Shown here: piece by piece, positions 1-13,100 of the stretch | Position numbering within the stretch: position 1 is the stretch's first letter | Layout: each line of letters opens with the position of its first letter | Virus record (IMG/VR): IMGVR_UViG_2524614847_000004 | Span: 1-64,000 of that record | Strand: one strand, 5' to 3' | From: a virus | Taxonomy: Duplodnaviria; Caudoviricetes | Length of the DNA: 64,000 nucleotides | Notes under the pieces: generated by a model | Seen by the model: only the letters and a program-made list of their open reading frames with translations | What the model was told of the DNA's origin: nothing | Databases searched by the model: none | Program-made: the position numbers and the translations under genes

Positions 1-287
1 CTAAAAAATATTCACTCTTTAATCCTTTCATTTATCTAATAAAAATCTCATTTTATTCTAAGTTTAGGTTACTCTTTGTTTCTTCCATTACACTCTTCTT
101 GGTTACAATTACAACCCTTACATGGATCTCCTTGGCTTTGAACTAGTAGCCAACAAAGCTGACCATCTAATAAGCAGGTAGGTGGTACATAACCTTGTTT
201 TACGCACATATCTTTAAACATGTCCATTCTGATTCTCCTCCTAATTTTATTCAATTAATCACCATAAAATCTTCGTTTACTTAACTT

Positions 288-671
288 TTACTCATCAATG
301 CCTTTGTCATATAAACATTCCAATATCTGAAATTCATCTGGTACATTTGTAATGTTCATATTTTGCAGTTCAATTAGTTTGATATCATCATACCGTTCCA
401 TATATATTCTCCACCTCTCATCATCGCATAAAATTAATTGATCGAGTTTTAACCCTCTTTGCGAAGATACACTGGTGATGGGAATTACTTTGGTTCCATC
501 ATTAAATATTGCAAATGAACCTAAACTTCCATATTTGTACCTTACAATTTCTCCTACATTATTTCTGCAAAACCATTTAAAGAGATCATTTGTCAACTTT
601 GAATTGTATCCCATAAACCCTATTACCAAATAGCTTGGTTCTGATTCATATCCCATAATACAAGTTGAAAT
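288..671 (-). CDS. hypothetical protein (probable ATT start at 671)
   Basis: ORF 288..656 extends in frame to an ATT 6 nt after GGAGGT; the ATG at 656 has no adjacent RBS. Confidence 0.6.
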   Translation of the reverse strand: MSTCIMGYESEPSYLVIGFMGYNSKLTNDLFKWFCRNNVGEIVRYKYGSLGSFAIFNDGTKVIPITSVSSQRGLKLDQLILCDDERWRIYMERYDDIKLIELQNMNITNVPDEFQILECLYDKGIDE

Positions 672-685
672 ATTGCTACCTCCTC

Positions 686-1135
686 CTAATCCATTAAGTA
701 ATGCTTGACCACATATTCAAGCATTTCGTCCATATCATCAAAAATCCTGTTACAATCATCAATGTCCCATGGATGCAGTTCTAAGTTCTGCTCATTTAAT
801 CCGATAATAGGAATCCCCTTGTCATGGCATATGGCAATCTCCTTTGATGTGCCGATGCTATCAGCCACAAGGAAGTTGACAATAATCAAATCACTATGCG
901 TTGATTTATGTAAGTCGAATTCTTTAATCTCACGCTGGCTGATATATGCAGTGTTTTCCAAGAATGAGAAGTGGTTGTTCGGATTAATCGTCACCGGCCT
1001 TTTAATTGCTCCATATAAATCTGCCATACGAAACAACTTTGTTTTAACTTCTTCTCTCCATTGATTTCCTTCATGATATCTATCTGCACCGAAAGCAGTC
1101 ATGCTCCCGGCAAGATATACGTAATAGTTTTCTAT
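686..1135 (-). CDS. nucleoside 2-deoxyribosyltransferase / nucleotide N-hydrolase-like protein
   Basis: In-frame extension adds the YVYLAGS N-terminal motif; SDLIIV and SIGTSKEI motifs; ATA start with GGAGGT RBS. Confidence 0.75.
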   Translation of the reverse strand: MENYYVYLAGSMTAFGADRYHEGNQWREEVKTKLFRMADLYGAIKRPVTINPNNHFSFLENTAYISQREIKEFDLHKSTHSDLIIVNFLVADSIGTSKEIAICHDKGIPIIGLNEQNLELHPWDIDDCNRIFDDMDEMLEYVVKHYLMD

Positions 1136-1689
1136 GAAAAAATACCTCCCTTTGCAAATTTATATATACCAATAATATCTTTAGCTAATTCCAATGGCGT
1201 AAATTCTCCATTGTTTACAATAAAATAATCCACATATTTTTCAATTTCAAAGAAATCCTTATCATCTGCTTCAATTCTCCTATCAGCTTCCACAGGATTG
1301 TCTCCTCTTTTGGATAATCTCTTTCGGATAATATCTTCATTTACTTGAATATAAGATACAACCGGATTCAACGATTTAATCTTAGCGATTTGCTTAATAC
1401 CATCGGGATTAACAATCATCACTTTGTCCTTATCGTAATCCTCAATAGCAGAACCATAATGCCATGTGCCTCCGGTGGCAACATTATAACTTGTGGTTTC
1501 AGCAAAGAATCCATTTTTCTCTTTTAATAGAAAGTCATCTTTTGAAATGAAGTGATAATTTACTCCATCGACTTCGCCAGAACGCATAGGTCTGGTCGTA
1601 TATGTAACTAGTTTCTTATATCCAAGTTTGACAATTTCTTTTAAGATCGTATCTTTACCTGAACATGTTTTCCCGATTAATAATATCAA
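1132..1689 (-). CDS. gmk: guanylate kinase
   Basis: P-loop GKTCSGKD, TYTTRPMRSGEVDGVNYHF, WHYG motifs. Confidence 0.9.
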   Translation of the reverse strand: MILLIGKTCSGKDTILKEIVKLGYKKLVTYTTRPMRSGEVDGVNYHFISKDDFLLKEKNGFFAETTSYNVATGGTWHYGSAIEDYDKDKVMIVNPDGIKQIAKIKSLNPVVSYIQVNEDIIRKRLSKRGDNPVEADRRIEADDKDFFEIEKYVDYFIVNNGEFTPLELAKDIIGIYKFAKGGIFS

Positions 1690-2680
1690 TGATTACTCTC
1701 CCTTCTTTCCTTATTCAAAGCCCATAAAAGAGCCATTAATCACAATTTCTTGGCTATATTTTGTGTGCACGATAGTACATTGCCACTATATATAGTATAG
1801 TTTTCATAAATTTGGGTACAAAAATAACAGTATCTATATCTCAAACTTAAAAATCAAAACATCTACTTCATCATTGCCATCAAATTCTTCGCCTTCATAA
1901 TAATCTTCTATATATGTATAGAAACCGCATGAATTCATTTTTTCAATAAATTCTGGAATGTCTTTCCCTGTCACACTACATTTGGTTACTAATTTTAAAG
2001 ACACGTTGACCTTATACATTAAATATCTCCTTTTCTTTTCATAAAATATCTGTTTTCTAGCAATTAACAATAACGAGACTCTTTTCTAAGTTGTGCAATA
2101 ATGTCTGGATCAATTACAAATTCTACTGGTTTATACATAATATTTCTTATGTCAATATTTTTAATCAAATCATAGTACCCATAATTTTTAGCTTTTACAA
2201 TGAGTATTGGTTTGACTCCATTAGAAAAGTCAGTTTTTATGTTTACAACTTCAAAGTATCTTGTTTTATCTTCAAAAATAATAGATACGATGTTCCCGAT
2301 GTTAATTTGCTCATTAGTGGAAAATTCAATAGTTAGCCCATTTCCTCTTTCATTGCTTTCCAACACATTTTTCAATTCTTTTCATTATTTCTCCTCCATA
2401 AACATATTTGCTACTTCTTGATAGTATTTTGCATCACCTATGTAATGCTCATGAACCATTTCCTCCACTCGATACTGCACCACTTCCAGGCATTCATGAT
2501 CATTAAAGTCGTCAAAATATTCCTCGTTAAAACCTAATAAATCTGAACTCAGGAGCCAGTCGCCACATTCATCTTTTGATAATTCAGCAATGACAGATTC
2601 ACCATATCCATATGGATCAAAATATAATTTCCACACATTAGTCAGCGTAAAATATTCCCACCTCTTGTTCATAGCTCACC

Positions 2681-3120
2681 TCACAATCTCTTAGCTACGG
2701 CCTTATATTTGGGCTGGCTGCAATAGCTAACGCTCACTTCTCTCTGGTAAGAAAATGTACTACTACAATTTTCACACTCATAATCATCATCTTCATCGTC
2801 CATCTCCCAACTTTCAATAGCGTAGCCGCAGAATGGACAGGTGATTTCTGATGTATAGTTCTGATCTTTTGGTTCTTTGTTTTCTATGTATACAGACTGA
2901 TTCTTCATCTTTTGAACGTAAATTGCATTATATGTACAACCTTTACCAGACATAGAACAAACTGTATAGGAAACGTTATTGATGATAAGAACATCTCCTA
3001 CATCAATTTCTTTCTCTGTTTCAGCAATAGGTGCTATTCCATCATCTTCAGGAGTAATTCCAAGCTCTGAATAATCCCAGGAACGTTTTTGCCTAAATCT
3101 GCATAATCAAATATCTTCAT
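2681..3120 (-). pseudogene. zinc-ribbon protein, apparently frameshifted near the 5' end
   Basis: CPFC...CENC at the C-terminus; the reading frame stays open upstream of 2953 and joins an ATG at 3120 (MKIFDYADLGK) if one A is added to an A5 run at about 3086-3090. Confidence 0.5.
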
Positions 3121-3472
3121 CAGTAAGCCCCTTTCCAGTGCCACTTAGCAGAATGTGTCCTCGCTTATCTAGTACTTTGAATGTAGCATTTTCAATTTCA
3201 TCAACAATATCTTTATAATCTCTTTTGTCGTTTTTATTAAAGACAATTGATGATGTAATTTTTACACCACAATACTTATTATTGCTTATATTAGCAACGG
3301 GTGTATTTATGGGCTTAGTTTCACTTATTTGCCTTTCTGCTAATCTAATTTCGTCTTTATTAAGCCACTGAATCCACTTACCACAATCTGAACAATAAAG
3401 GCCAGTGTTATTTCCAGGCTTGCTTATAAAGACTTCTGTGCTTCCACATTTACCACACTTAAACTGTTTCAT
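3107..3472 (-). CDS. zinc-finger hypothetical phage protein
   Basis: CGKC...CSDC motif at the N-terminus. Confidence 0.7.
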   Translation of the reverse strand: MKQFKCGKCGSTEVFISKPGNNTGLYCSDCGKWIQWLNKDEIRLAERQISETKPINTPVANISNNKYCGVKITSSIVFNKNDKRDYKDIVDEIENATFKVLDKRGHILLSGTGKGLTDEDI

Positions 3473-3505
3473 TCAACCTTCCTTTCTTCTCATAAAAGAA
3501 TCATT

Positions 3506-6500
3506 TTATCTTGAAATCTCCAATAGTTTTTCAAATAAGCCCCTGTCTTTCTCAGACATAGAATTAAACTTTTCCAATAATGACAAAACTCTTTCTGCTC
3601 CATAAACATTGAAGCCATCTAATGATTTTTTAATAGAGGTTATAGCATCAGCGGTCTGATAAAGTACCTCTTTTACCTCTTTCGATTTGTTATAAGCCGC
3701 CTCTCGTTTTTCTTCACAGCTATCCCAAATTTGGTACAAAGCATTTGTCTCTTCGATCACTGCTTCCTTATATTTCTTGGCAATATCTTTAGAAAACAAT
3801 TTCAGTTTTAAGACATTTTCCTCTAAGGTTTCCATCATATAGTTTGGTTCTTTTGCCATGACTCAATCATTTTAGGAATATCATCGTTATGTATCTTACA
3901 AATATCGTTTACCAATTCTAATCTTCCAGCCAATTCATCGCTGATATCAATATACTTGTTGTTGTAACTTAAATACGCCATCTTATTTATCCTCCTATAA
4001 TTTAATCAAATGGACATTTAATAGAAATATTCAATCGTATACCATTCTTCATCTTCAGAATTATTTCTTACTAAAATCATATTGCTACAATAGTCTAATA
4101 TTTTATATTCCATACCCTCTGTTAAGCCAAATTCTTCTCCAAATCTTGTTGCTTTTACTGTATTATCTACGGAGTACTTATTCATTCGTTTTCCTCCGTT
4201 TCAATCAATTCTTTCCTCAATTCCTTAACTGCACCACACAATTTATTAATCTTCTCACCGATCTTCCGGTTGTAAATCTCCACGCATTCCTCATATGTCT
4301 CTGCAAAATCTCTTGAATATGTACTTACTCCATTTACTCTAGGAGTACCGTCCTGTTTCAAGACGTAGAAATATTTATTATGTATAATTCCCCTAATTGG
4401 TTCCTGCTTCGAATGTACTACCTTACCACCAAAATGAGATTGTCTATCTAAATCAATATTGAAAGCACATGCCCAGACAATATCTCCTTCTTTTAATTTG
4501 TTTTTATCAATCACTTTCAACTCCCATGTTCAATTTTCTATAAGCTTCTACTGAATTTGCTCCAATCCATAGCAATAATATTAACAGTAAAATTAAAATA
4601 CCAATCACTCTGAGTCCGATAACGATTGACGGTAGTAAATTTACTAGAAATACAATGGCTGCTATAAATGAAATCACCAGTCCAAATTCTAATGTAGTCA
4701 ATAAAATTCCAATCGCCGTTGCCAACAATCCTTTTAAAAATGTCTTAATATGTATCACCTCCACCTAATTTAATCTCAAAATATCTGAATGGTCGTTAGG
4801 ATCAATCGCTAATTCTCCTGATTTAATATAACGCAGCTCTCTATATTCATCGCCATCGATCAAATATAATCCAAATTCTTCCAGATAATCGTTAATAACC
4901 TCATTATCCTCATCTGGTAGTAAAATAGGTTTTACATTACAATGAATAAATTGATTCAAAAGATTATTATTATTTGTTCCAGATGGGACCATATATAGGC
5001 TTGCTTCAATATTCCATGCAGACTGAATTGCTTTTACAATCTCTGATTTCTTTAATGTAAAGAATCCTGAATCGCCCATGTTATTTTCATAGTAAAATCT
5101 CAAACTCGTTGTTCCTCCTTATAAAACAATAATTTAATAGTAACCAATCTCGTCTCCTAGCTTATCTTCATCTCCATCTTTATATTTTTTTACCTTTGAG
5201 CTTATACTATTTACCCTATTTATTTCATTTACTATCTCATTAATTTTATCTATTCTATTATTGATTCTATCTTGATTAATTTCTAACACACATTCCCTGT
5301 AAATCTTGCATTTCAAACCAATACAATATGAGTTGATTGATTCTGAACAATGCATACCAGGCCTTTTATCTGTAAAGCGGCAATAGCTCATTAATAGCGC
5401 CTCCTACTCAACAATTAATTTGTAATGATAACTGAAACTATATTTTGAACTAGAATGGTTTTCCTCTTCATTCTCCATAGGAAATTGCAAATCGGCCTTT
5501 CTGATAAAATCGGTTAGTTTCTTGCCGCCTTTTAACACTGATATAGAATGATTTCCATGATATGTACCGATACTCAATATACTCTCTTTGACTTCTTCGT
5601 CAGAATAACTCTCACAGACGAATACAAAACAATGTCCTTCCTGTACATCTTCCTTTTTCTGATAATAGCCTAAATTCTGTAGCGTTACTTTTCGCTTGCC
5701 AAGATACACATAACAATGTCCATTTGTACATTTATAAATTCCACCAACTTCAAGTTTGGATAATGGAATAGTATTCATAGAGTCTCGTTCCTGCCGTTTA
5801 TTTTCGATCTTCTGAAGAGAATATTCAATTTCTTTTTTTATAGCCAGTTCCTCTTCTTTGACTACAAGAAATACATCTCCCATAGAACGCTTATTACCAC
5901 CTTTAAAAGCAATTGATTTCCCTGACCAAACACCTATATCCATTCCTCTTACATTTCTGCCGGTTCCTTTTCCTACACAAACATCTCCATCATGGAGTTT
6001 TCTTCCTAAAATATCTTCCAAATACTATCTCCTTTTCTAAAAGATTAACTCCTCTAAAACATCAATGGCTTCCTCTGTTACGGTGTGATAGTTTCCATGT
6101 CGAGTTTTAATTGTATAAAAGAAGTGGTCATTAGAATTACTGTTAATTGAGACGATTTCTGCAATTCCATTTTCATCAACTTTTACAGATTCTTTACCAT
6201 CACATGATGCGGCGGATCTGATTTTTCCAAATCTAAAACCAGCTCCAACTTTGTACTTTGGCTCAATTCGTTCCCAGATTATGTATTTATCCCATGCTGA
6301 CAAATCGTTTGGCATACACATAACGTAATCTGCTGGCTGGTAGACTGTTACTATATCCCTACCTTCATGTCCGTAGGTTCCCTTAGCGTATTCTAGGTTT
6401 TCAATATAATTTCCATTTAACTCGCTGTATGTATCAATCGCTTTGTTGTTATAATCTCGAATCCATTTTATGACATCTGCATTGGGCGTATCTCTAAGAA

Positions 6501-7456
6501 CTATTCCATAGCAGCCACTTCTATCTTTAACAAACATTCCTGTTTTTAGATCACTTATTTTCATAAAATTCCTCCTTTTATTTTTCTAATAAAACCACAG
6601 TTTACTCATAACTGTCAGGTTCATCAATCCATCCAACAAGATCGTCTTTTTCATACGCAAAATTATTACCGTTGATATATAAAATCCATTTCTCGTTGCA
6701 TTGACCATAATAACCGCTATAGCAGACTTGCATTTGCTTTAATTTGCATATTACATTTCTATTATTAGTCGGATAATTATGTGGATCGTTCCATTTAAGC
6801 ACACTAGAGTTACTAACTTTAATCTGATATCCTAATGCCTTTTCTATTTCTTCAATAGTCATTTCTTTTGGCGGTAATTCATGCCACGTATCAATATGTA
6901 ACAAATAGGACAACCCTCCCACTGGAGATCCAGTTCCCATAAAATTTTCTGCTTCCCACTCGTATCCATCACCATCATGAAAACCTTTTGATTTTGAATA
7001 TCTCATATTCCCTATACCTTTACCGCAGATATAAATTTTTTCGTTCTCGTCAGCTAGCTTAACCATTTCATATGTATACATTTCTCTTCTCCTCCTCTCT
7101 TTTCAAAATCTCATAAAATGACGTTTTAATTTTCTTTGACCTGGCTTTGCAATTATTACATTTGTAGTATTTGGATTGTTCATCTTTCTCGAAATGTGTT
7201 ACCTGCATAACTGCATTGCTTCCACATGATGTACAAATCATCAGTCATCCTCCTTTCGACGATAAAATCGGTTCATGATCTCGGTATGCAAATAATCAAA
7301 CTCATCTCTTGCCGCGCCGTTCTTAAAGTCAAATTCCTTATACTTTTCGTGAATATCCACCATCTTGGATTGATGTTTAAGGAGTGACAATTCCAACCGC
7401 AACTCTTTTTCTGTCGCCCATAAAATATGTAAATAAACCAACAATTCTTTTAACAT
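3506..7456 (-). other. array of about 10 small hypothetical phage genes
   Basis: Consecutive minus-strand ORFs (3506-3859, 4182-4520, 4507-4764 membrane protein, 4765-5103, 5134-5391, 5404-6021, 6037-6564, 6602-7081, 7241-7456), most with GGAG(G) RBS. Confidence 0.75.
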
Positions 7457-7485
7457 GACTCTCTCCTTCCTTCTATATTAATTAA

Positions 7486-7557
7486 CAGCGGTAGATGGTA
7501 TCGAACCATCTTCTCTGAGGTCAAAGCTCAGTGTGATAACCTGTTCACTATACCGCT
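7486..7557 (-). tRNA. tRNA-Gln(UUG), CCA not encoded
   Basis: Cloverleaf: acceptor AGCGGTA/TACCGCT, D-arm GTGA/TCAC, anticodon arm CTGAG-CTTTGAC-CTCAG, T-arm GATGG-TTCGATA-CCATC, discriminator G. Confidence 0.9.
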
Positions 7558-7619
7558 ATTTAGGTCAACCTTTTTACTACGGCCGACCATTTGGTTTGTA
7601 TATTCCTTTTACTATATAA

Positions 7620-7668
7620 ATAATAGCACCTATCGCTTTATAAGTCAATAGGTTTATAATTTCTTTTT
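7620..7668 (-). promoter_or_regulatory. conserved phage sigmaA-type promoter/operator (copy 1), upstream of the tRNA
   Basis: AAAAAGAAATTATAAACCTA-TTGACT-17nt-TATTAT with TG extension. Confidence 0.8.
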
Positions 7669-7672
7669 ATGA

Positions 7673-9622
7673 TTATTCTAACATAGATTTAAACTGAGCT
7701 TCTGTAATTATAGGTATTCCCAATTCTTTCGCCTTCTTGTTTTTACCTGACATACTTAAACTATCATTATTAATGAGAAAACTTGTTTTTGCACTCACAG
7801 ATCCAGATACCTTTCCACTGTATCGTTCGATTTCTGCCGTGAGTTCATTTCTATTTGAATAATGCTCAAGGCTGCCAGTGATTACGAATATATTCCCGGT
7901 TAAGTCAACCATATTACCCAAATTTGATTCCATACTATGCTTTTCGAAATCCAATAGCATAGGAATGCAAGCATCTTCAGAGTCTCGGTATCTTCCGTAC
8001 CAATTACAGATGCTCTTATTCATTGTGCTTCCAAAATCGTCTAACTGAGAAAAATCAAACTTACTTTCCAATGCATCAATAAACTTAGAGTAATCTCCAT
8101 AAAACTGCTTACTGATAGACTTACTAGTTGTCTTTCCGATCAATGGAATAGACAATCCATATAAAAACCTTTCAAGTGTAGTATTCTTTGATTTTTCAAT
8201 TGCTGCTAACAACTTATCTGCTGATTTCTTGCCAAAACCGTCTAATTTGACCATTTTTTCTTTATGGGAATCTAATGTGTAAATATCTGATAGTTGATTT
8301 AGCCAACCTAATTTCATGAACTTTTCTATCGTGGCTTCAGATAACCCGTCAATATTCAATGCATTTTTACTAGAATAATGTGTAAGTCTACCAAGTAACT
8401 TTCCTTTACAGCCAGGGTTGGTGCAGGTAAGCACTTCTGTATTATTATCTTTGACTATAACAGTCATACCTCCACACACTGGACATGTATCAGGAATTTC
8501 AAAGTCTGTTTTATCGGCATCGCATTCGATGATCTGTGGAATAATCTCGTTTTTCTTAACTACCGTTACATTAGCACCAACCTTGATATTCAAATCCTTC
8601 ATTATGCTAATATTATGTAGGGATGCACGACTGACTGTAGTACCAGCAAGTTCTACTGGATCGAATATAGCAACCGGAGTTAAATTGCCAGTTTTCCCCA
8701 TTGACCACTCAATATCTCTCAATATAGAAGTTTCCTGGTCTTCTTGAAATTTAAATGCGATCTGACCTCTAAGGTGATGTGATGTTGCTCCAAGTGATTC
8801 CATATAATCAGTATCGGTGAACGACACCACGCAGCCATCAATTGGGTAATCATGTATTTCAGCGGTAATTCTCATATTCTGTAACTGGCTTAAAATATCT
8901 TCGCCCATCAATCTCAATGGAACAACATCAAAACCATAGTCATCTAACTCATTCAGTCTGACTAAGAAATTATTACTATTGCTTCCTTCGACCAATCTCC
9001 AGGCAACAAATTTCACTTTCCTATCAGCGCATACCTTACTGCCTAACTGACGCACAGTACCACTACATAAATTACGCGGGTTCTTATATTTCTTATCATC
9101 AGGTAGTTCGTTATTAATCTCGTGGAAAGTATTATAATCAATAATCGCTTCTCCAAATAGTACAAGCTTATTTTTGTATGGTATTGTAAGTGGAATGTTG
9201 CAGAATGTTTTTGCATTTTCAGTAATATCCTCGCCGATCATACCATCTCCGCGAGATTCTGCCTTAATCAACACTCCATTATCGTAAGTAAGGCATACAG
9301 TCAACCCATCAAGTTTAAGCATAAGAACAGCGTCTCTTTCCCCGATAAATTTCAACAACTCATCTGGTGATTTTGTTTTGCCCAGGGATAACATCGGGTA
9401 CTCATGAACACTCTTCTGTAGCTTGCTCTGCACCAAATATCCTACCGATTGCGTCGGTGAATTTGCCAAGCAAAAACCTGTTTTATCTTCTTTTTCTTTC
9501 AACTCATCAAACAGCATGTCATACTCCTGGTCACTGATTTCAGAGTTGTTTTTGTTGTAGTATTGATTTCTATGGTGATTCAGGATCTTTGTCAGCTTCT
9601 TGATCCTTTCGATATCTGTCAT
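7673..9622 (-). CDS. ligA: NAD-dependent DNA ligase
   Basis: KLDG adenylation motif, SRGDG, NPRN, CPVC...C zinc finger, HhH repeats, C-terminal BRCT (FVITG...SVS). Confidence 0.95.
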   Translation of the reverse strand: MTDIERIKKLTKILNHHRNQYYNKNNSEISDQEYDMLFDELKEKEDKTGFCLANSPTQSVGYLVQSKLQKSVHEYPMLSLGKTKSPDELLKFIGERDAVLMLKLDGLTVCLTYDNGVLIKAESRGDGMIGEDITENAKTFCNIPLTIPYKNKLVLFGEAIIDYNTFHEINNELPDDKKYKNPRNLCSGTVRQLGSKVCADRKVKFVAWRLVEGSNSNNFLVRLNELDDYGFDVVPLRLMGEDILSQLQNMRITAEIHDYPIDGCVVSFTDTDYMESLGATSHHLRGQIAFKFQEDQETSILRDIEWSMGKTGNLTPVAIFDPVELAGTTVSRASLHNISIMKDLNIKVGANVTVVKKNEIIPQIIECDADKTDFEIPDTCPVCGGMTVIVKDNNTEVLTCTNPGCKGKLLGRLTHYSSKNALNIDGLSEATIEKFMKLGWLNQLSDIYTLDSHKEKMVKLDGFGKKSADKLLAAIEKSKNTTLERFLYGLSIPLIGKTTSKSISKQFYGDYSKFIDALESKFDFSQLDDFGSTMNKSICNWYGRYRDSEDACIPMLLDFEKHSMESNLGNMVDLTGNIFVITGSLEHYSNRNELTAEIERYSGKVSGSVSAKTSFLINNDSLSMSGKNKKAKELGIPIITEAQFKSMLE

Positions 9623-9633
9623 TCAGTTCCTCC

Positions 9634-10164
9634 TTATTTTAATATTTGACTCATTAATGCACTGTAGCATATCTCATATATCATATATCCCATATTTTCT
9701 TTTTTAACAAAATTGAGATAGAAATTAGATACCTTTTGCACTCCGATTAATCTTCTCATAAAGGCTGATTCGTTATATTCTGACCGATAGTTATGCTCAA
9801 TGATATCGTCTATATGATTATCCTCGATCAGAACATAACTGTTGTTAATGTTAATCATACGATTCAGTTCTTTGAAAAATCTTTCATCATGCTCTTTGAT
9901 GTTTCCTGCCAACTCATCAATGGAATTCTTTCTCTCAATACATAGTTCATCTGTGAAGTATGTATCTTTTGCAAACCCCAATTCTGGACACGCTTCAATC
10001 ATGAAGGAATAGTCTCCAGTCTTTAATGCTCTTGACTTGTGCTTAATGTTCTTCTTGTCAAAATAATCCAGAATGTGTTGATTCTTTTGCTCATTTGATG
10101 TATGTAATACTACAAGGTGAGAAACGAGTTCTTTTAATTGCTTCTCTGTATAATAATATTTAAT
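9634..10164 (-). CDS. ERCC4-domain nuclease (probable ATT start)
   Basis: The extension reads KYYYTEKQLKELVSHLVVLHTSNEQKN...LKTGDYS, followed by the IERKNSIDEL motif (GDxnERK); RBS AGGTG. Confidence 0.8.
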   Translation of the reverse strand: MKYYYTEKQLKELVSHLVVLHTSNEQKNQHILDYFDKKNIKHKSRALKTGDYSFMIEACPELGFAKDTYFTDELCIERKNSIDELAGNIKEHDERFFKELNRMININNSYVLIEDNHIDDIIEHNYRSEYNESAFMRRLIGVQKVSNFYLNFVKKENMGYMIYEICYSALMSQILK

Positions 10165-10172
10165 ATTTTCAC

Positions 10173-13100
10173 CTACTTTATTATGTATTGTTCAATCCAT
10201 GTGTCATATGCACTTGTATTTTGAATAAATTCTTCGCCTACTTTTTCGTACTTAAATTTTTTTCTTACGTCTATCATCTGAATTACATCTCCAACGTCTA
10301 CAGGATTGTTAGTGAAATTCTTTTTAGAGATTTTACACACCTCAGTTTCTCCGCTTACAAGATAATATAATTTTACCTTTGGAGAATATTTAGTGTTTGT
10401 TTTTAAAACATACGCAAAATCAGTAAGTCTACTGTCAACATAATCTACAATACCTTGATATTCAAATTTGTTTTTAATTTTTGCTTTTAATGATAATCCT
10501 TTATCTTCGATTACACTGCATAACTCATTAAACAATCCAACGTTGTCTATATCTCTAAATTGTTTTGTAGTTTCTCTAGCATATTTCCTGATTATATTTT
10601 CATCTATAGGAAGCTTCGCTTTATTGAAAACTTTTGCGTTATATATGTCGTTGTACAATGTATAAATTTTTAACAACTTACCTGCTTTGCCATATTCTGA
10701 GAAGAAATCAAGTTTAATCATAGTTTCGAATTGTGATTTATCAACATCTGAACATGTGCCAAATAATTTAATAAGATCTACAAAAGTCTCGCATGACTGT
10801 ATTCCAATCTCCTGCAATCCATTGGATACATTTTCTCCAAATCCCTTCAGTGTATTAATTCCCAGATAAACGATCCCATTTTTACACGTTGTTTTGCCTT
10901 TTATAAGTTTCCAGTTATCAAACTTAAAAACAACACCAATTCTTTTTGCTTCATCTAACACTTCGGCAATCTTATTTGTATCTCCTTCATATGAGTTTAC
11001 ATATGCTGTAATAAATTCTGTAGGATAATGAACTTTTAAATACATTGTTATGTATGCAGTCAGTGCATAAGCTGCTGAATGTGATTTATTAAATGAATAT
11101 TTTGCAAACTCTAATATATCGTCCCACAAAGTATCTACTTGTTCTTTAGTCCACCCAAGATTCATTAAACCACTCTTCAACTCAGGCTCAATCTTTGCCA
11201 TTAACTTTGGCTTTTTCTTTGCAGTTGCTTGCCTAAGTTCATCGGGGTTTCTTAACCCAGCAAGTTTTCCGATTTCAATTAACTGCTCCTGATATACTAT
11301 AATTCCATATGTACCCTCTAATATTAGTATCAGATCGTCATGTAAATATGTAATTAGTTCTAACCCATTTTTTCTTGCTATGTAATTTGGTATATACGCC
11401 TTTGCTCCTGGTCTGTACAATGCATTGGCTGCCGATAAGTTATCAATACTATTACATTTCATATCTGAAAGCATTTGTCTCATTCCTTGTGACTCGAACT
11501 GGAATATTAGAAGCGAATTACCATTTCTGAACTCATTCCAGACTTCTTTATCGCAAAGGTTTATTTTATGTGGTGCTATGAATTCATAATCTTTGCCGAT
11601 CATTTCAAGCACATCATATATTACATCTAATGTACGTAGACCAAGAAGATCGATCTTTACAAGCCCCAAATCATCTGCTGTGTGCATATCTCCTTGTAAA
11701 ACCCAAACATCTTTATCTGGAACATACTCAAGTGCACTATAGTAATCTGCATTTTTCATACAAATTACTTTTCCACAAGGGTGCATTCCAAACGACTTCG
11801 GTAATCCAGACAATTTAGAAGCATATTCGAATAGTTCTGGATAGTCATCTTTATATGAATCAAGCACCCCATTTTCCAATGCTTCGTCAATTGTTTCGTT
11901 ATCAAGCAGTTTTGTCATTTCGTTTGTTATTTCAAATGGAATGCCGAGAACCTTACCAATATCTTTAATTGCGCCCTTTGCCCAAATATACTGGAATAAA
12001 CCAAGGCATACAACGTTTTCCCACCCATAAGTGTCTATAATGTGGTTCATTACCTTATCTCTATCTTTTGGGGAAAAGTCCGCATCTACATCAGGTATTT
12101 TTAATTCCTTTTTTGTAATTTGATTTGATTCAAGTAAATCTAATGCGCCAACGTCGATAAATCTTTCGAAATACAGTCCATATTTAATAGGATCAATGTC
12201 TACTATTCCACTTAAATATGCTAATAATGACCCACCAGAACTCCCCCTTGCTATTCCCCTTCTCTCCGCAGACGAAATATAGCTATGAACCAATAAGTAG
12301 TATCCCTCAAACCCCATTTTTAACACAGCATTTATTTCATATCTGGCTCTATCTTTATAAATCTTAACGATCTCTTCAACGGTATCAAAGTGTACAAATT
12401 CTCTTTTCGTTTCATTGCCATTTTCATCGTATATAATCTGAGCCATATATTGTTTCCACTGTTCTATGCTCCAATCAAAAAATCCTTTATTCTTGAAACC
12501 AGTATTACACAAGCTTTGCAAATATTGTTTTTCAGATTTATAAGACTTTGGAATATCGGTGTGTGGTATAATTGGAGCAGAAAGTGGATACTCAACATTG
12601 CATTTATCTGTGATTTCTTGTGTGTTCGCTATTGCAGTTAAATTATATTCGACTGTGCTTTGGCATTTTACTTTAACATCATCTTCAGACTGTATATAAC
12701 AATCATTATACATTTCTCCAACTTCTCTTGTTTGCCCGATTTTTACAAATATGCTGTGATATTTCTGGTCCTCTACAGTCAAATAATGAGAGTCACATGT
12801 TACAACATATTTAATATCAAGCATATTAGCTAGCGCCACTAATTTCTTATTAAGTTCTTGTTGCTCCAGTTCTTCGTGTGCTTGATACTCTATATAATAA
12901 TCATCACCAAATAAATCTTTATACTTTTTTGCAATATTCATTGCCACTTCTAGTTTCCCAGATGTAAGTGCTCTTGACACTTCTCCAGCCATACAAGCAC
13001 TCAAACATATTAATCCATCATGGTAATTTTGTAACATTTCAAAATCAATTCGTGGTCGCTTATTGAATTTATACTTAGTAGATTCCTTAACCAATTTTTG

